From: an uncultured Thermoleophilia bacterium
GTDB taxonomy: Bacteria; Actinomycetota; Thermoleophilia; UBA2241
Direction: 5' to 3'
NCBI GenBank assembly: GCA_963808735.1
Contig: CAWEHE010000012.1
Span: forward strand, 55,051-119,050
DNA: 64,000 bases
Positions 9,881-20,254 of the stretch are shown here, one piece after another (positions within the stretch are counted from its first letter, which is position 1; the number at the start of each line of letters is the position of its first letter). Both the position numbers and the translations under genes were made by a program. The notes below the pieces were generated by a model. That model worked only from the letters and a program-made list of their open reading frames with translations, was not told the DNA's origin and made no database searches.

Positions 9881-10383
9881 TCAGGCACCCTCGGCCTCGT
9901 CGTGCAGCGCCTGGGCGAAGTCCTCCTGGTTCAGGTCGACCTCCTGGGCGAGGCGATGCTTCGCGTTGGGCAGCACCTGCTCGAGGCGGTCGGGCATCTC
10001 CTCGTCGCCGACGACGACCAGTGCCACCTCGTTGTCCGTGAGCGCGCGTCCCAGCTCCTCGACCTGCGACTTGGAGAGGCGGCGCGCGCCTGTCCGACGA
10101 GCGCGCCGGTCACGCCGCCCACGAGCGTGGTGGCCACGAACGCCGGCGGGAACAGCAGGCCGACCAGGGCGCCGACGCCGACGCCGGTCCACGTGGCCGT
10201 GGCCTGATCCTTCTTGCGGTCCTGGATGGCGACCTTGCCGTCGTGGTCCTTGAAGACCACGGCCGCGTCGTACGCCGCCACGCGGCCCGACGAGTGAAGC
10301 ACCTTGAGGCTCTGGTAGTCCCGCTCGGCGACCTCGACGTCGTCGTAGAGACCCAGGCACAGGTGGGCTTGGCCCTCGCTCAT
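9881..10383 (-). CDS. DUF1269 domain-containing membrane protein; one frameshift
   Basis: MSEGQAHLCLGLYDDVEVAERDYQSLKVLHSSGRVAAYDAAVVFKDHDGKVAIQDRKKDQATATWTGVGVGALVGLLFPPAFVATTLVGGVTGALVG, then a shift near 10085 into ...LSKSQVEELGRALTDNEVALVVVGDEEMPDRLEQVLPNAKHRLAQEVDLNQEDFAQALHDEAEGA. Confidence 0.6.
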
Positions 10384-10568
10384 GTGACGCTCCTCCCGTT
10401 TCGCCGCCCTCGCGGCGCTTCTCAGCCAGGTCGGTTCTACCCGCTCCGCGCCGCCCCGTCAAAGCGAGGCGTTCCGCGGCGGCGTCGCTTCCTTCAGCCG
10501 CGCGGTCCAGGGGCCGATAGAACCGACGGACAGCCAGGCGCGCAGGCGCGGCGACGAAGGAGCCGGTC

Positions 10569-11424
10569 ATGGGACGTTTCGGACGCAGCTGGGAGCTCGT
10601 CAAACTCTGCTGGCAGGTGCTGAAGCAGGACAAGGAGCTGGTCGTCTTCCCCATCGTCTCCCTGGTCTGCGTGCTGATCGTCACCGCCACCTTCCTGGTC
10701 CCGGGGATCTTCAGCGGCTTCTGGCAGGATGTGGCCGACGGCGGCGCGGGGTGGGCGGCCATCGCGCTGATCGTCGTCTTCTACCTCGTGCAGTACGCCG
10801 TCGTCATCTTCTTCAACGCCGCCCTCATCAGCGCGGCGCGCATCCGCCTCGAGGGCGGCGACCCGACGCTCGGCGACGGCCTGCGCGGCGCCGCCTCGCA
10901 CATCGGTGCGGTCCTGGGGTACGCGGCCATCTCGGCGACCGTCGGACTGGTGCTGTCGTTCATCAGGGAGCAGGGTGGCATCGCCGGCAGCATCGTCGCC
11001 GGCCTCGGCGGGATGGCGTGGAACGTGCTCACCTTCCTCGTCATCCCGGTGCTCGTCGTCGAGGGCGTCGGGCCCATCGAGGCGATCAAGCGCAGCGGCG
11101 TGCTGCTCAAGAAGACGTGGGGCGAGCAGCTCATCGGCGCGGCCTCGATCAGCCTGGTGTTCGGACTGGCCGGCTTCGCGATCGTCGTCGTCGGGGGAGT
11201 GCTGGGCGCCCTGATCATCGGCGCCGGGGTCGTGTGGGCCGGCGTCGCCGTCATCCTCGTGGCCGTCGTCGGCCGTGCTCGTCGTCGCCCTGCTCGGGGC
11301 GACGCTGCACGGCATCTACTCGGCGGCGCTCTACGGATACGCCGTGGGCGGCGACACCGGCGTGTTCGGCCGCGATGCGCTGGCCGGGGCGTTCGCGCCG
11401 AAGCGCACGCGCCGCGGGCTCTGA
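10569..11424 (+). CDS. DUF6159-like polytopic membrane protein; one frameshift near 11270
   Basis: MGRFGRSWELVKLCWQVLKQDKELVVFPIVSLVCVLIV...FFNAALISAARIRLEGGDPTLGDGLRGA...VIPVLVVEGVGPIEAIKRSGVLLKKTWGEQLIG. After the shift it reads ...AVLVVALLGATLHGIYSAALYGYAVGGDTGVFGRDALAGAFAPKRTRRGL and ends at TGA 11422-11424. Confidence 0.55.
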
Positions 11425-11489
11425 GCGCGCCCGCCGCCCGTCGGCGCGGTCCGAGTGACAGGCTCCGCCCTTTCTAGTAGCGTGCAGGC

Positions 11490-12951
11490 ATGTCTCCGCT
11501 GATGCAACTGCTCCCGGGCAGCATCAACCTCGTCGTCCTCATCTACTGGGTGTTCGTCGTGGTCCTGCTGATCATGGACGACCGCGAGCCCTCCACCACG
11601 CTCGCGTGGCTGTTCATCCTGCTCTTCGCGCCGGTCGTCGGCCTCGTCTTCTACATCTTCTTCGGGCGCGACTGGAAGGTCGTCGCGCAGCGCAAGGGCT
11701 GGTACCAGCGGCTGCACGACGTCGAGGTCGAGCAGATGGCGCCCATCTGGAAGCGCAACGCCGAGGCCACGGCGCGGTTCTACGAGGAGTGGGGCGCCGA
11801 CATGGCGGAGCCCATCTCGCGCGCCATCTCGGCCGAGAACGTGGCGCGCGTGCTCCCCGCCTCCTCCGTCGAGCTCTTCAACGACGGCGCCACCAAGTTC
11901 GCGCGCCTGCTCGAGGACATGGCCCAGGCGCAGCGCTTCATCCACCTGCAGTACTTCATCTGGGAGCAGGACGAGCTCACCGCCAAGATCACCGCCATCC
12001 TCCTCGAGCGCCTGCAGGCCGGCGTCGAGGTGCGCATCATGTACGACTGGCTCGGCTGCATCACGTTCAAGAAGCACGAGCTCAAGCGCCTCGCCGCGGC
12101 CGGCGCCAAGGTGCGCGCCGACGTCACCGACATCTTCCGCATCAACTACCGCAACCACCGCAAGATCGTCGTCATCGACGGCGAGATCGGCTACACCGGC
12201 GGCATGAACGTGGGCCAGGAGTACATCGACGGCGGCAAGCGGTTCGCCGTGTGGCGCGACACGCACCTGCGCATGACCGGCCAGGCCGTGGCCGCGCTCG
12301 AGAAGCTGTACGCGGCCCGCTGGTTCGAGCGCCGCAAGGACCACGAGGAGCTCTTCGGTCCGGAGTACATGCCGGCGCCGGACCCGGACGCCGTGGAGAA
12401 CGGCATCCTCGTGCGAGGTGGCCGCGCAGGGGGTCGAGGAGCCCTGGAGCGCGGCCCGCCGCGCGCACATGGTGGCCATCGGCCAGGCCGAGGAGTCGGT
12501 GTGGATCCAGTCGCCGTACTTCGTGCCCGACTACAGCATCTACGACGTGATGATCAACGCCGCCCTCAGCGGGGTGGACGTGCGCTTCATGATGACCGGC
12601 GTCCCCGACAAGAAGGTCGCCTTCTGGGCGGCGCAGACGTACTACAAGAAGCTCATCCAGGCCGGGGCGAAGGTCTACCTGTACGAGGCCGGCTTCCTGC
12701 ACGCCAAGACCATCGTGGTGGACGGCAAGGTGGCCGCGGTCGGCACCATGAACATGGACCAGCGCAGCCTCAAGCTGCACAAGGAGCTCATGGCCTGGGT
12801 CTTCGACAAGGGGTTCGCGCGGCAGGTCGCGGACGCCTTCGCGCACGACGTCGAGAGCTGCCGCCTGCTCACCATGGACGACATCCGCGCCGTCCGCGGC
12901 CTCACCAAGTTCCGCAACCAGGCCATGCGTCTGCTGTCCAACCTGCTCTGA
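11490..12951 (+). CDS. cls: Cardiolipin synthase (PLD superfamily); one frameshift near 12415
   Basis: Two N-terminal TM helices, then the first HKD motif (NYRNHRKIVVIDGEIGYTGGMN) and the second HKD motif (GFLHAKTIVVDGKVAAVGTMNMDQRS). ORFs 11490.. and 12418..12951 join. Confidence 0.85.
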
Positions 12952-12966
12952 CCCTGGCGAGGGGCC

Positions 12967-14150
12967 GTGCCGCCTGACGAGCAGCCGCAGGTCCAGGTCC
13001 GCGCCGTCGAAGGCGCGGAAGCCGGTTCACGATCATCAAGCGCGTCGTGATCCTGGGCATCACGGCCGTCGGCCTGTACGTCGTGTGGCCGAGCCTGGCC
13101 AAGGTGTTCTCGGCCGGACCCGAGCTCCAGACCGTGAATCCGCTGTGGGGCCTCCCCATCGTCGCGGCGGAGGCGCTCAGCTTCATGTGCATCTGGGGCC
13201 TGCTGCGTCTCGCCCTCGACGCCAAGGCCCTGGTTCCCCGTCGCCACCGCGCAGCTCGCCGGCAACGCCGTGAGCCGCATCGTGCCGGGCGGAGCCGCCG
13301 CCGGCGGCGCCATGCAGTTCGACATGCTGCGCCAGGCCGGCGTGGCGACCACCCGCGCCGCGACCAGCGTCACGGCCGTGTCCCTCATCTCGACGGCCAC
13401 GCTGCTCGGCCTGCCGGTGATCAGCATCATCTCCATCCTCGTCACCGGCGCCCCCGTGGAGCGCAACCTCTTCCGCATCGGCTCCATCGCCGTGATCGCC
13501 TGCTGCTTCGCCCTGGCCGGCGGGGCGGTGCTGCTGTTCGCCGACCGCCCGCTGGAGTGGCTCGGCGGCGCTCATCCAGCGGCTGCGCAACCGCCTCCTC
13601 AAGCGCCGGGAGCCGATGACCGGCCTCGCCGGCCCGCCTCGTCGAGGAGCGCGACCTGGTGCGGCGCGTGCTCGGGGTGGGCTGGTGGAAGGCGCTGCTG
13701 TTCAGCGCCGGCAACTGGCTGCTCGACCTCACGGCGCTGCTGCTGGCGCTGGCCGCCGTGGGCGCGCAGCCGCGCGCCTCGGTGGTGCTGCTCGCCTACG
13801 TGGTGGCCGCCTTCCTCGGGATGATCCCCATCACGCCGGGCGGCCTGGGCTTCGTGGAGCTCGGCCTCGTCGGCACGCTCGGCCTGGCCGGCATCGGCAC
13901 CGAGCAGGCCGTCCTGGCCACCCTGGTCTACCGCCTCGCGTCGTACTGGCTGCCCATCCCCACCGGCGCCGTGGCGTACTTCCTCCACGGCCGGCGGTAC
14001 GGCAAGCTGCGTCGCGACGAGCTCGACGCCGTACAGCAGCGAGGCGCAGGACGGCGCCGTGCGGCGCGCCGCGACCCGCGGCAAGCCGCAGGCCTGAGGA
14101 CCGCGCCCGGCGGCAGGCCCCCGGGAGCGAGAGCGCGAGTCGGGCCGTGA
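12967..14150 (+). CDS. UPF0104 / lysylphosphatidylglycerol-synthase-TM-region (flippase-like) membrane protein; frameshifted
   Basis: Pieces: VILGITAVGLYVVWPSLAKVFSAGPELQTVNPLWGLPIVAAEALSFMCIWGLLRLAL / RIVPGGAAAGGAMQFDMLRQAGV...VSLISTATLLGLPV / WKALLFSAGNWLLDLTALLLALAAVG...VVAAFLGMIPITPGGLGFVELGLVGTLGLAG...ATLVYRLASYWLPIPTG. About 3 frame changes. The GTG 12967 start is tentative. Confidence 0.6.
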
Positions 14151-14196
14151 CCGAGGATCCTGGCACCGCGCGGTCGGCCCTCAGGCGGCGCCGGGC

Positions 14197-14547
14197 TCAG
14201 GCTTCGTCCGGGAGCTTGCGCCGCCCGTCGACCAGGTGCGCGACGGCCAGCACCGGGTGCTTCTTGAGCATCCGCGGCCCGCTGTAGCGCATCACCTCGC
14301 GCACGCGCTCGCGCATCGCCGGCTTGTAGCAGTGCGTCGGGCACGACGCGCACGTGGGCTTCTCCGTGCCGTAGCGGCACTTGTCCAGCCGCACCCGCGC
14401 GTAGGCATCAGCTCCGCGCACTCGGGGCAGAGCCCCTCCGTCGTCGCGCTCCGCGCCGCCGTGGTGGTCGCGGCAGTACATCGCGATCATCGCCGCGATG
14501 GTGCGCTCCTCGCGCGAGAGCCGCCTGGGAGGTCGCGCGTCGTCCAT
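14197..14547 (-). CDS. Nitrous-oxide-stimulated promoter (YgbA-like) family Cys-rich protein; contains a compensated double frame change
   Basis: MDDARPPRRLSREERTIAAMIAMYCRDHHGG...ARVRLDKCRYGTEKPTCASCPTHCYKPAMRERVREVMRYSGPRMLKKHPVLAVAHL. The expected CxxC (GLCPECAELM) is readable only in an alternate frame over 14406-14435. Confidence 0.6.
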   Translation of the reverse strand: MDDARPPRRLSREERTIAAMIAMYCRDHHGGAERDDGGALPRVRGADAYARVRLDKCRYGTEKPTCASCPTHCYKPAMRERVREVMRYSGPRMLKKHPVLAVAHLVDGRRKLPDEA

Positions 14548-14591
14548 GCCCCAGTGATACCGCACCGGCGCCCTCTGAGCCTTGACTGTGG

Positions 14592-14983
14592 TCAGGCGGG
14601 CGGCGGCGCGGACCGCGCCGCCCGCCACAGGGCGTCGGCGGGCTGCCAGATGTGCCGCCACAGCCTGAACTCCCCGACTGCCGGGTCGCCGCAGACCACG
14701 CGCATCGCCGCGCGCCAGTACAGGCGGACCGGCTGGACGCTCGCGATATCGCGCCAGGGCACGCAGATCGCGGCCTGGACCCCTTGGGCGGAGGCCGGGC
14801 CTGCAGCCACAGACCCTCGTCCGCCACCACCACCGTCACGCAGAACTTGTAGGCCACGGTGTGGGCGAACATGACACTCTGCCGCTCCCAGCGCGCGCCC
14901 GGGGGCTCGGGTCCGCCGGGGAAGCGGGCGGCGAGGGCGTCGTAGCCGCCGGCGCGGTTGGCGGCTCGGGTGAAGATGCTCAT
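14592..14983 (-). CDS. Hypothetical protein; one frameshift
   Basis: MSIFTRAANRAGGYDALAARFPGGPEPPGARWERQSVMFAHTVAYKFCVTVVVADEGLWLQARPPPKG joins (near 14775) to VQAAICVPWRDIASVQPVRLYWRAAMRVVCGDPAVGEFRLWRHIWQPADALW. Composition is non-repetitive and protein-like. I do not recognise a family. Confidence 0.4.
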
Positions 14984-15070
14984 GACACAACCGTACAGCT
15001 TCGCGCGACGCCGGAGAAGAGCCCGCGCGCGCCGGACACGACGGCCGCGAGCCCGCCGCGGCGGCGCGAC

Positions 15071-16367
15071 TCAGCCGGCGGCCGTCGGGCGGTCGGCCGC
15101 CGTCACCCGGCTGCCGTGCGGCACGGCGAGCACGCCGGCGTCGTCGCCGTAGCGCGCGAGCGCCTCCGCGACGGCGTCGTCCACGCGCGCGAACGGCCGG
15201 AAGCCCATGCGGCGCACCACGTCGTCGGGGAACTCGGAGACCAGCCACACGTCGGCGCTCGTGAGCAGCCCGGCGATGGCCGCCGCCTTGTGCCCGCCGA
15301 GCACGAACTCCCGCCGGATGCGGTCGATCACCGCCCGCGGGTTCTCCATGTCGCCCATCCACGCCGCGAACGTCTCCTCGCCGAACCCCTCCGCGCACTC
15401 CGCGACGAGGATGATGGTCCCGCCGTCGCGCACCGCCCCCGACACGTTGTCGAGCGTCTTCTGCGCCTGGTAGAGGTTGATGTCCTTGGGGCTGCCGCCG
15501 GGCGAGGCGACGACGACGTCCACGGCGCGGTCGATGCGCATGTCGAAGAGCTCGTCGTAGCGGCGCACGCCCTCGGCGTGCGCCTCCAGGTAGTGGCCGG
15601 CGACGCAGTCGACGATCTGCTTCTTCTCGTTGAGCAGCACGTTGACGATGAAGTCGACGCCCACGAGGCCGCCGGCCTCGTCGATGTCGTCGCGCACCGG
15701 GTTGCCGCGCAGGATGCCGGCCTTGGCCGACGGCTCCAGCATCATGCTGTGGTTGGGCTGGATGGCGCTGCGCCGGCAGATGCCGGGCATGACGGCCTTG
15801 GCGCCGCCGCTGTAGCCGGCGAAGTAGTGGTACTCGAGGTTGCCGGTGCAGACCTTGAGGTCGGCCTCCACGTACGGCCGGAAGACCTCGAGCGGCGTGC
15901 CGCGGGAGGTGTGGCCGACGAGCACGCAGTCGTCCTCGTCGAGGTCAAGGCAGCGGTAGCGGTCCGCGACGGCGTCGCCGACGAGACGGCGGCGCTCCTC
16001 CTCGGTGTGCCGGCGGTGGCTGCCGAGCGCGAACAGGACGGTCACGCGCTCGGGCGGGATCGCGGCCAGCTCGTCGAGGACGAGCTGGAGGAAGCGGTAG
16101 GTCGGGCAGGGCCGCGTGACGTCGCTGACGACGATGGCGGCCGAGCCGGCCGAGGCCGCCAGCTCGCTCAGCGACGGTGCGCCGATGGGCGCGGCCAGCG
16201 CGGCGCGCACGCAGGCCAGCTCGTCGTCGACGCGTGGCCGGCGCCGGCGCGTTGCGGCGCGGACGGACGACGTCCACCAGGTTCCGCGCCGGGACGCGCA
16301 GCTCGAGCTGCTCGCGCCCGTATCCGAGCGTGCAGACGGGCGCTGGGCCCTCCGGGCCGCCCGTCAC
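15071..16367 (-). CDS. larA: Nickel-pincer-cofactor-dependent 2-hydroxyacid racemase/epimerase, LarA family; one frameshift near 16230
   Basis: ...CTLGYGREQLELRVPARNLVDVV / ...AALAAPIGAPSLSELAASAGSAAIVVSDVTRPCP...ALGSHRRHTEEE...CTGNLEYHYFAGYSGGAKAVMPG...NPVRDDI...NLYQAQKTLDN...GGHKAAAIA. These are LarA hallmarks. The GTG start overlaps the pgk TGA (GTGA). Confidence 0.85.
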
Positions 16368-17631
16368 GCCGGGCCCGTGGGCGGGAAGCGCTCCGCCGAC
16401 GCCTTGAGCGCCTCGATCACCGGCATCGGCTTGCCGCTGAGGAACTGCACCATGGCGCCGCCGGCCGTGCACACGTAGTCGAAGCGGCCGCCGAGGCCGA
16501 AGCGGTTCATGGCGGTCACGCTGTCGCCGCCGCCGAGGGCGCTGAAGCCCTGCGTCTCCGCCATGGCCTCCCACAGCGCCTTCGTGCCGTACTCGGTCTC
16601 CGGCTGCTCGAACACGCCGGCCGGGCCGTTGACGAACACGGTGCCGGCGGCGGCGATGACGGCCTCGTACTCGCGCCACGGTCCCGTGCCCGAGGTCGAC
16701 GAGCTGCTCGTCGACCGGCAGGTCGACCACGTCGACCTCCGCCCGCGCCCCGTCCTGCACGTACGCCAGGTCCGCCGGCAGCACGACCTTGTCGCCGTGC
16801 TCGGCGAGGATGGCCTTCGACTCCTCGACGAACTTCTCCAGCTGGCTCGCCCTGATGAACTCCATGGACGGCGCGCCGATGTCCACGCCTTCGGCGGCCA
16901 GCATGACGTTGGCCACCAGGCCGGCCGTGAGCACCGTGTCCACGACGCCGTCGCGCAGGGCCGCGGCCATCATCGGGAACGCCTCCTGGATCTTGGTGCC
17001 GCCGAGCAGGAAGACGCACGGGCGGGCCGGGTCCTCGCGCAGGTGCGCCAGGTTGGCGTACTCCTTCTCGAACAGCCGGCCCATGGCCGACGGCAGCAGC
17101 TGCTCGAAGCCGACCAGCGTGGGCTGCGAGCGGTGCGCGGCGGCGAAGGCGTCGCACACGTACAGGTCGGCGAGCGGCGCCAGCTTGCGCACCACCAGCG
17201 TCTTCGCCTGGTCCTCCGGCGAGAGGTTCAGCTTCGTCTCGAAGAGCGTGAGCTCCTCGCCGCAGAAGCGCACGTTGTCGAGGAGCAGCACCTCGCCGTC
17301 GGCGAGGCCGGCGACCGCGTCCCGCGCGGCCGGCCCGCAGACGTCGTCGATGAACCCGACCGGCCGCCCGATGAGCTCGCTCATCACCGCGGCGTGCGGC
17401 TCGGTGGAGGCGTAGTTGTGGTACTCCAGGTCGCCGCCCTGGTGGGCGAGCAGCACGACCTTCGCGCCGGCCTCCGCCAGCTCGCGCACCGTCGGCGCGC
17501 AACCCTTCAGCCGCGTGACGTCGCGCAGCCCGCCGGTCTGCCTTGTCGAGCGGCGCGTTGATGTCCACGCGGCACAGGACGGTCTTGCCCGCCCAGGCGA
17601 AGTCGTCGAGGGTGTTGATGCCGTACTTCAT
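16364..17631 (-). CDS. pgk: Phosphoglycerate kinase, archaeal-type; frameshifted (near 17540 and 16690)
   Basis: MKYGINTLDDFAWAGKTVLCRVDINAPLDK / VRELAEAGAKVVLLAHQGGDLEYHNYASTEPHAAVMSELIGRPVGFIDDVCG...LLLDNVRF...VCDAFAAAHRSQPTLVGF...FLLGGTKIQEAF / FVNGPAGVFEQPETEYGTKALWEAMAE...SALGGGDSV...YVCTAGGAMVQFLSGKPMPVIEALK. Confidence 0.85.
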
Positions 17632-17710
17632 CGCCGCGCCGCTCCTCTCTGCGCCGCGGCGCGGCCGGCCGGCGCAGGCCGCCCGGCCGCGCCTCGTCAT
17701 GCGCTTGCCG

Positions 17711-18733
17711 TCAGGCGAGCCCCAGGTACTTGTTGGTCAGGCCCACGGCCTCGAGGCGGTCGGTCTGCATGCTCGAGCGCCGCGCGGATGCCGTCCATGG
17801 TCTCGGGGATCACCACCGCTTCCTGCGGGATGTTGATGGCGAACATGAAGTCGCGGCCGCTCTTGGCGATGGTCTCGTCGAACACGGCGATGTCGTACAT
17901 GTCGGCGCGCTTGTTGCCGAGGTCGCGGGCGTAGCGGAAGAGCGCCGCGTTGCTGTTGAAGCCGTCGGCGATCTTGACGTTGCGGATGCGCGGGTGCGCC
18001 TCGAACAGCTCGAGGGCCCGCTCCTTGCTGATGTCGCCCTTGGTCGTGGCGATCACGTTGATGATGTGGCCGTGCGTGGTGGGCACGTGCACGAGCAGGC
18101 CGGTGGCCTCGATGTGCGGCATGATCGTCATGAGGTCGAGCGGCCTGGTGGTTCGGCACGGGCTCGACCTGGGCCACGTCCACGAGCCCGCGGTGCGTGT
18201 CGCCGGGGTCGGCGACGCGGCGCACGATGGTGACGATGACGCGCTCCACGCCGACCTCGCGGTCGAGGCAGTCCACGGCGCGGATGAGGCCGGTGGTGTT
18301 GCAGCTCGTCAGCTTGAGGTAGTCCTTGCCGACGCCCTTCTCGTAGTTGGCGTAGCCGTGGAAGAACACGTCCACGATGTCGTTCTTCTCGCCGCCCTGG
18401 AAGATCGCCTTGACGCCCTTGGCCTGGTAGAGCTCCTTGTTCTTGCGGCCGACGCCGCCGGGCGTGGAGTCGAGCATGATGTCGACCTTGCCGAGCAGGT
18501 CGTCCATCGTGCCGCTCACGGGGATGCCGACCTCGTCGAAGGCGGCCTTCTGGCCGGCCTCGACGCACGTACAGGTCGTACGGCATGCCGGCCTCGCACA
18601 GCGCCCGCGTGGACAGGGTCGGGGCGACGTCGACGACGCCGACCAGCTCCATGTCCTCCTGCAGCGCCACGCCGTCGGCCAGCCGCTGGCCGATGACGCC
18701 GTACCCCGCCACACCCACTCTTGGCTTGCTCAT
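17711..18733 (-). CDS. gap: Type II (archaeal-type) glyceraldehyde-3-phosphate dehydrogenase; frameshifted (about 3 changes)
   Basis: MSKPRVGVAGYGVIGQRLADGVALQEDMELVGVVD / GVKAIFQGGEKNDIVDVFF...KDYLKLTSCNTTGLIRAVDCL...ERVIVTIVRRVADPGD / IMPHIEATGLLVHVPTTHGHIINVIATTKGDISKERALELFEAHPRIRNVKIADGFNSNAALF...MFAINIPQEAVVIPETMDGIRAALE. The KAIFQGGEK, SCNTTG and IVRRxADP motifs match archaeal GAPDH. The ATG overlaps the aminotransferase TGA (ATGA). Confidence 0.85.
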
Positions 18734-20164
18734 GTCTCCGCTCCTTGGAATGTCAGCTCGCGCCGCTCAGCCGCGCGGCGGTCGTACCCCAGGTCCTTCT
18801 CGACGACGGCGATGGACTCGTCGAGCACGCTCACGATGGTGTCGATCTGCTCCTTGGAGATGATGAACGGCGGCGCGACGGCGTGCACGTGGCCGCCGCC
18901 CAGCAGGCGCACGAAGACGCCGCGCTTGAAGGCCTCGTCGCGGATCTTCGCGGCGACGCCCTGGGCCGGCGCGAACCACTCGTGCGTGTCCTTGTCCTTC
19001 ACGTACTCGATGCCGGCCACCATGCCCACGCCGCGCACGTCGCCGACGATGGGGTGCTTGAGCAGGGTCTGAGGCCCTCCTGCAGGTACGGGCCGACCTC
19101 GGCGCAGCGCTCCACGAGCTTCTCGCGCACCACGATCTCGAGGTTGGCGATGCCGGCGGCGCAGCACAGCGGGTGGCCCATGTAGGTGGCGCCGCTCATG
19201 AAGGCCTCGCCCGGGCCGCCCAGGAACCCTTCGTACACGTGGTCGCGGGCGAGCACGGCGCCCAGCGGCAGGTAGCCGCTGACGAGAGGCCCTTGGCGAG
19301 CGTGACCAGGTCGGGGTTCGAGCCGAACTGCTCGAAGCCGAACCAGGTGCCGCTGCGGCCGAAGCCGGTGATGACCTCGTCGTTGATGACGAGCACGTCG
19401 TTGGCCTTGCAGATGTCGTTGACCATGGGCCAGTACTCCGGCGGCGGCGGGATGACGCCGCCGGTGCCGATCATGGTCTCGCCGAGCATGGTGCCGACGT
19501 TCTCGGGGCCGTAGAACTCGATCTCGTGCGCCACCTGCGTGGCGCACTCCATCTTGCAGTCCTCGCCGTAGGTCTTGTTCCAGGCGCACTGGTAGCAGTA
19601 CGGGGCGCCGAGCTTGATGAAGCCGGGCAGCAGCGGCTCGAACTTGGCGCGGTTCACGGTGAGGCCCTGGGCGCTGGTGCTGGTCATGGTCGTGCCGTGG
19701 TAGGAGCGCTCACGGAACATGACCATGTACTTGGTGCCCTTGCCCTTGTTGCGCCAGTACTGCCGCGCCATCTTGACGGCGGTCTCCACCGACTCGCCGC
19801 CGCCCAGCGTGAGGAACACCTTGTTCAGGTCGCCGGGCGCCAGTTCGGCGACCTTGGCGGCGAGCTTGATGGCCGGCTCGTTGGCGATCTGGAAGATGTG
19901 GTAGATCGCCAGCTTCTCCATCTGCGCCTTGATGGCGTCGTAGATCTCGGTGCGGCCGTGGCCGACGTTGACGGTCCAGAGGCTGGCGAAGGCGTCGATG
20001 TACTCGTTGCCCTCGGTGTCGTAGACGACGCAGCCCTCGGCCCGGTCCATGATGATGGGCTTGAGGTTCTGCATCTGCGTGAACGGCGGCCAGAGGTGCC
20101 CGAGGAAGTCCTCCTGCAGCGACTCCCCCTGAAGCGCGCCGCCGGCCTGCACGTCGTCTGCCAT
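18730..20164 (-). CDS. Class III PLP-dependent aminotransferase (omega-transaminase type); two frameshifts (near 19290 and 19075)
   Basis: MADDVQAGG...HLWPPFTQMQNLKPIIMDRAEGCVVYDTEGNEYIDAFASLWTVNVGHGR...FLTLGGGESVETAVKMARQYW...ERSYHGTT...VLVINDEVITGFGRSGTWFGFEQFG.NPDLVTLAKGL / SGYLPLGAV...MSGATYMGHPLCCAAGIANLE / ...HPIVGDVRGVGMVAGIEYV...GHVHAVAPPFIISKEQID. Confidence 0.85.
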
Positions 20165-20200
20165 GGCTCCTCCCTCGCGTGTTATCCACCCAGGTGGAAA

Positions 20201-20229
20201 AACCTAGGTGGTCGACGGTCTGATGTCAA
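20201..20229 (-). promoter_or_regulatory. Candidate sigma-70-type promoter for the aminotransferase-gap-pgk-larA unit
   Basis: Minus strand reads TTGACA (20229-20224), 17 nt, TAGGTT (20206-20201). It lies in a locally AT-richer patch and is followed by GGGAGGAG and ATG 20164. A 9-bp hairpin (CCACCTAGG ... CCTGGGTGG) overlaps the -10/leader. Confidence 0.4.
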
Positions 20230-20254
20230 TATCGATGATGGGCGGCGCGAGCGG

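Noticed and set aside
14861-16855. 664-aa plus-strand ORF. The same class includes 504..1757, 20416..22455, 25529..27262, 34864..37059, 38647..40398, 42865..44520 and 55155..56741 on the plus strand, and 5408..7033 beyond 6934 on the minus strand.
   Set aside because: These ORFs lie antisense to, or out of frame with, genes that have clear family signatures. Their translations are Arg/Ala/Gly/Pro/His-rich low-complexity strings, which is typical of shadow ORFs in about 70% GC DNA.
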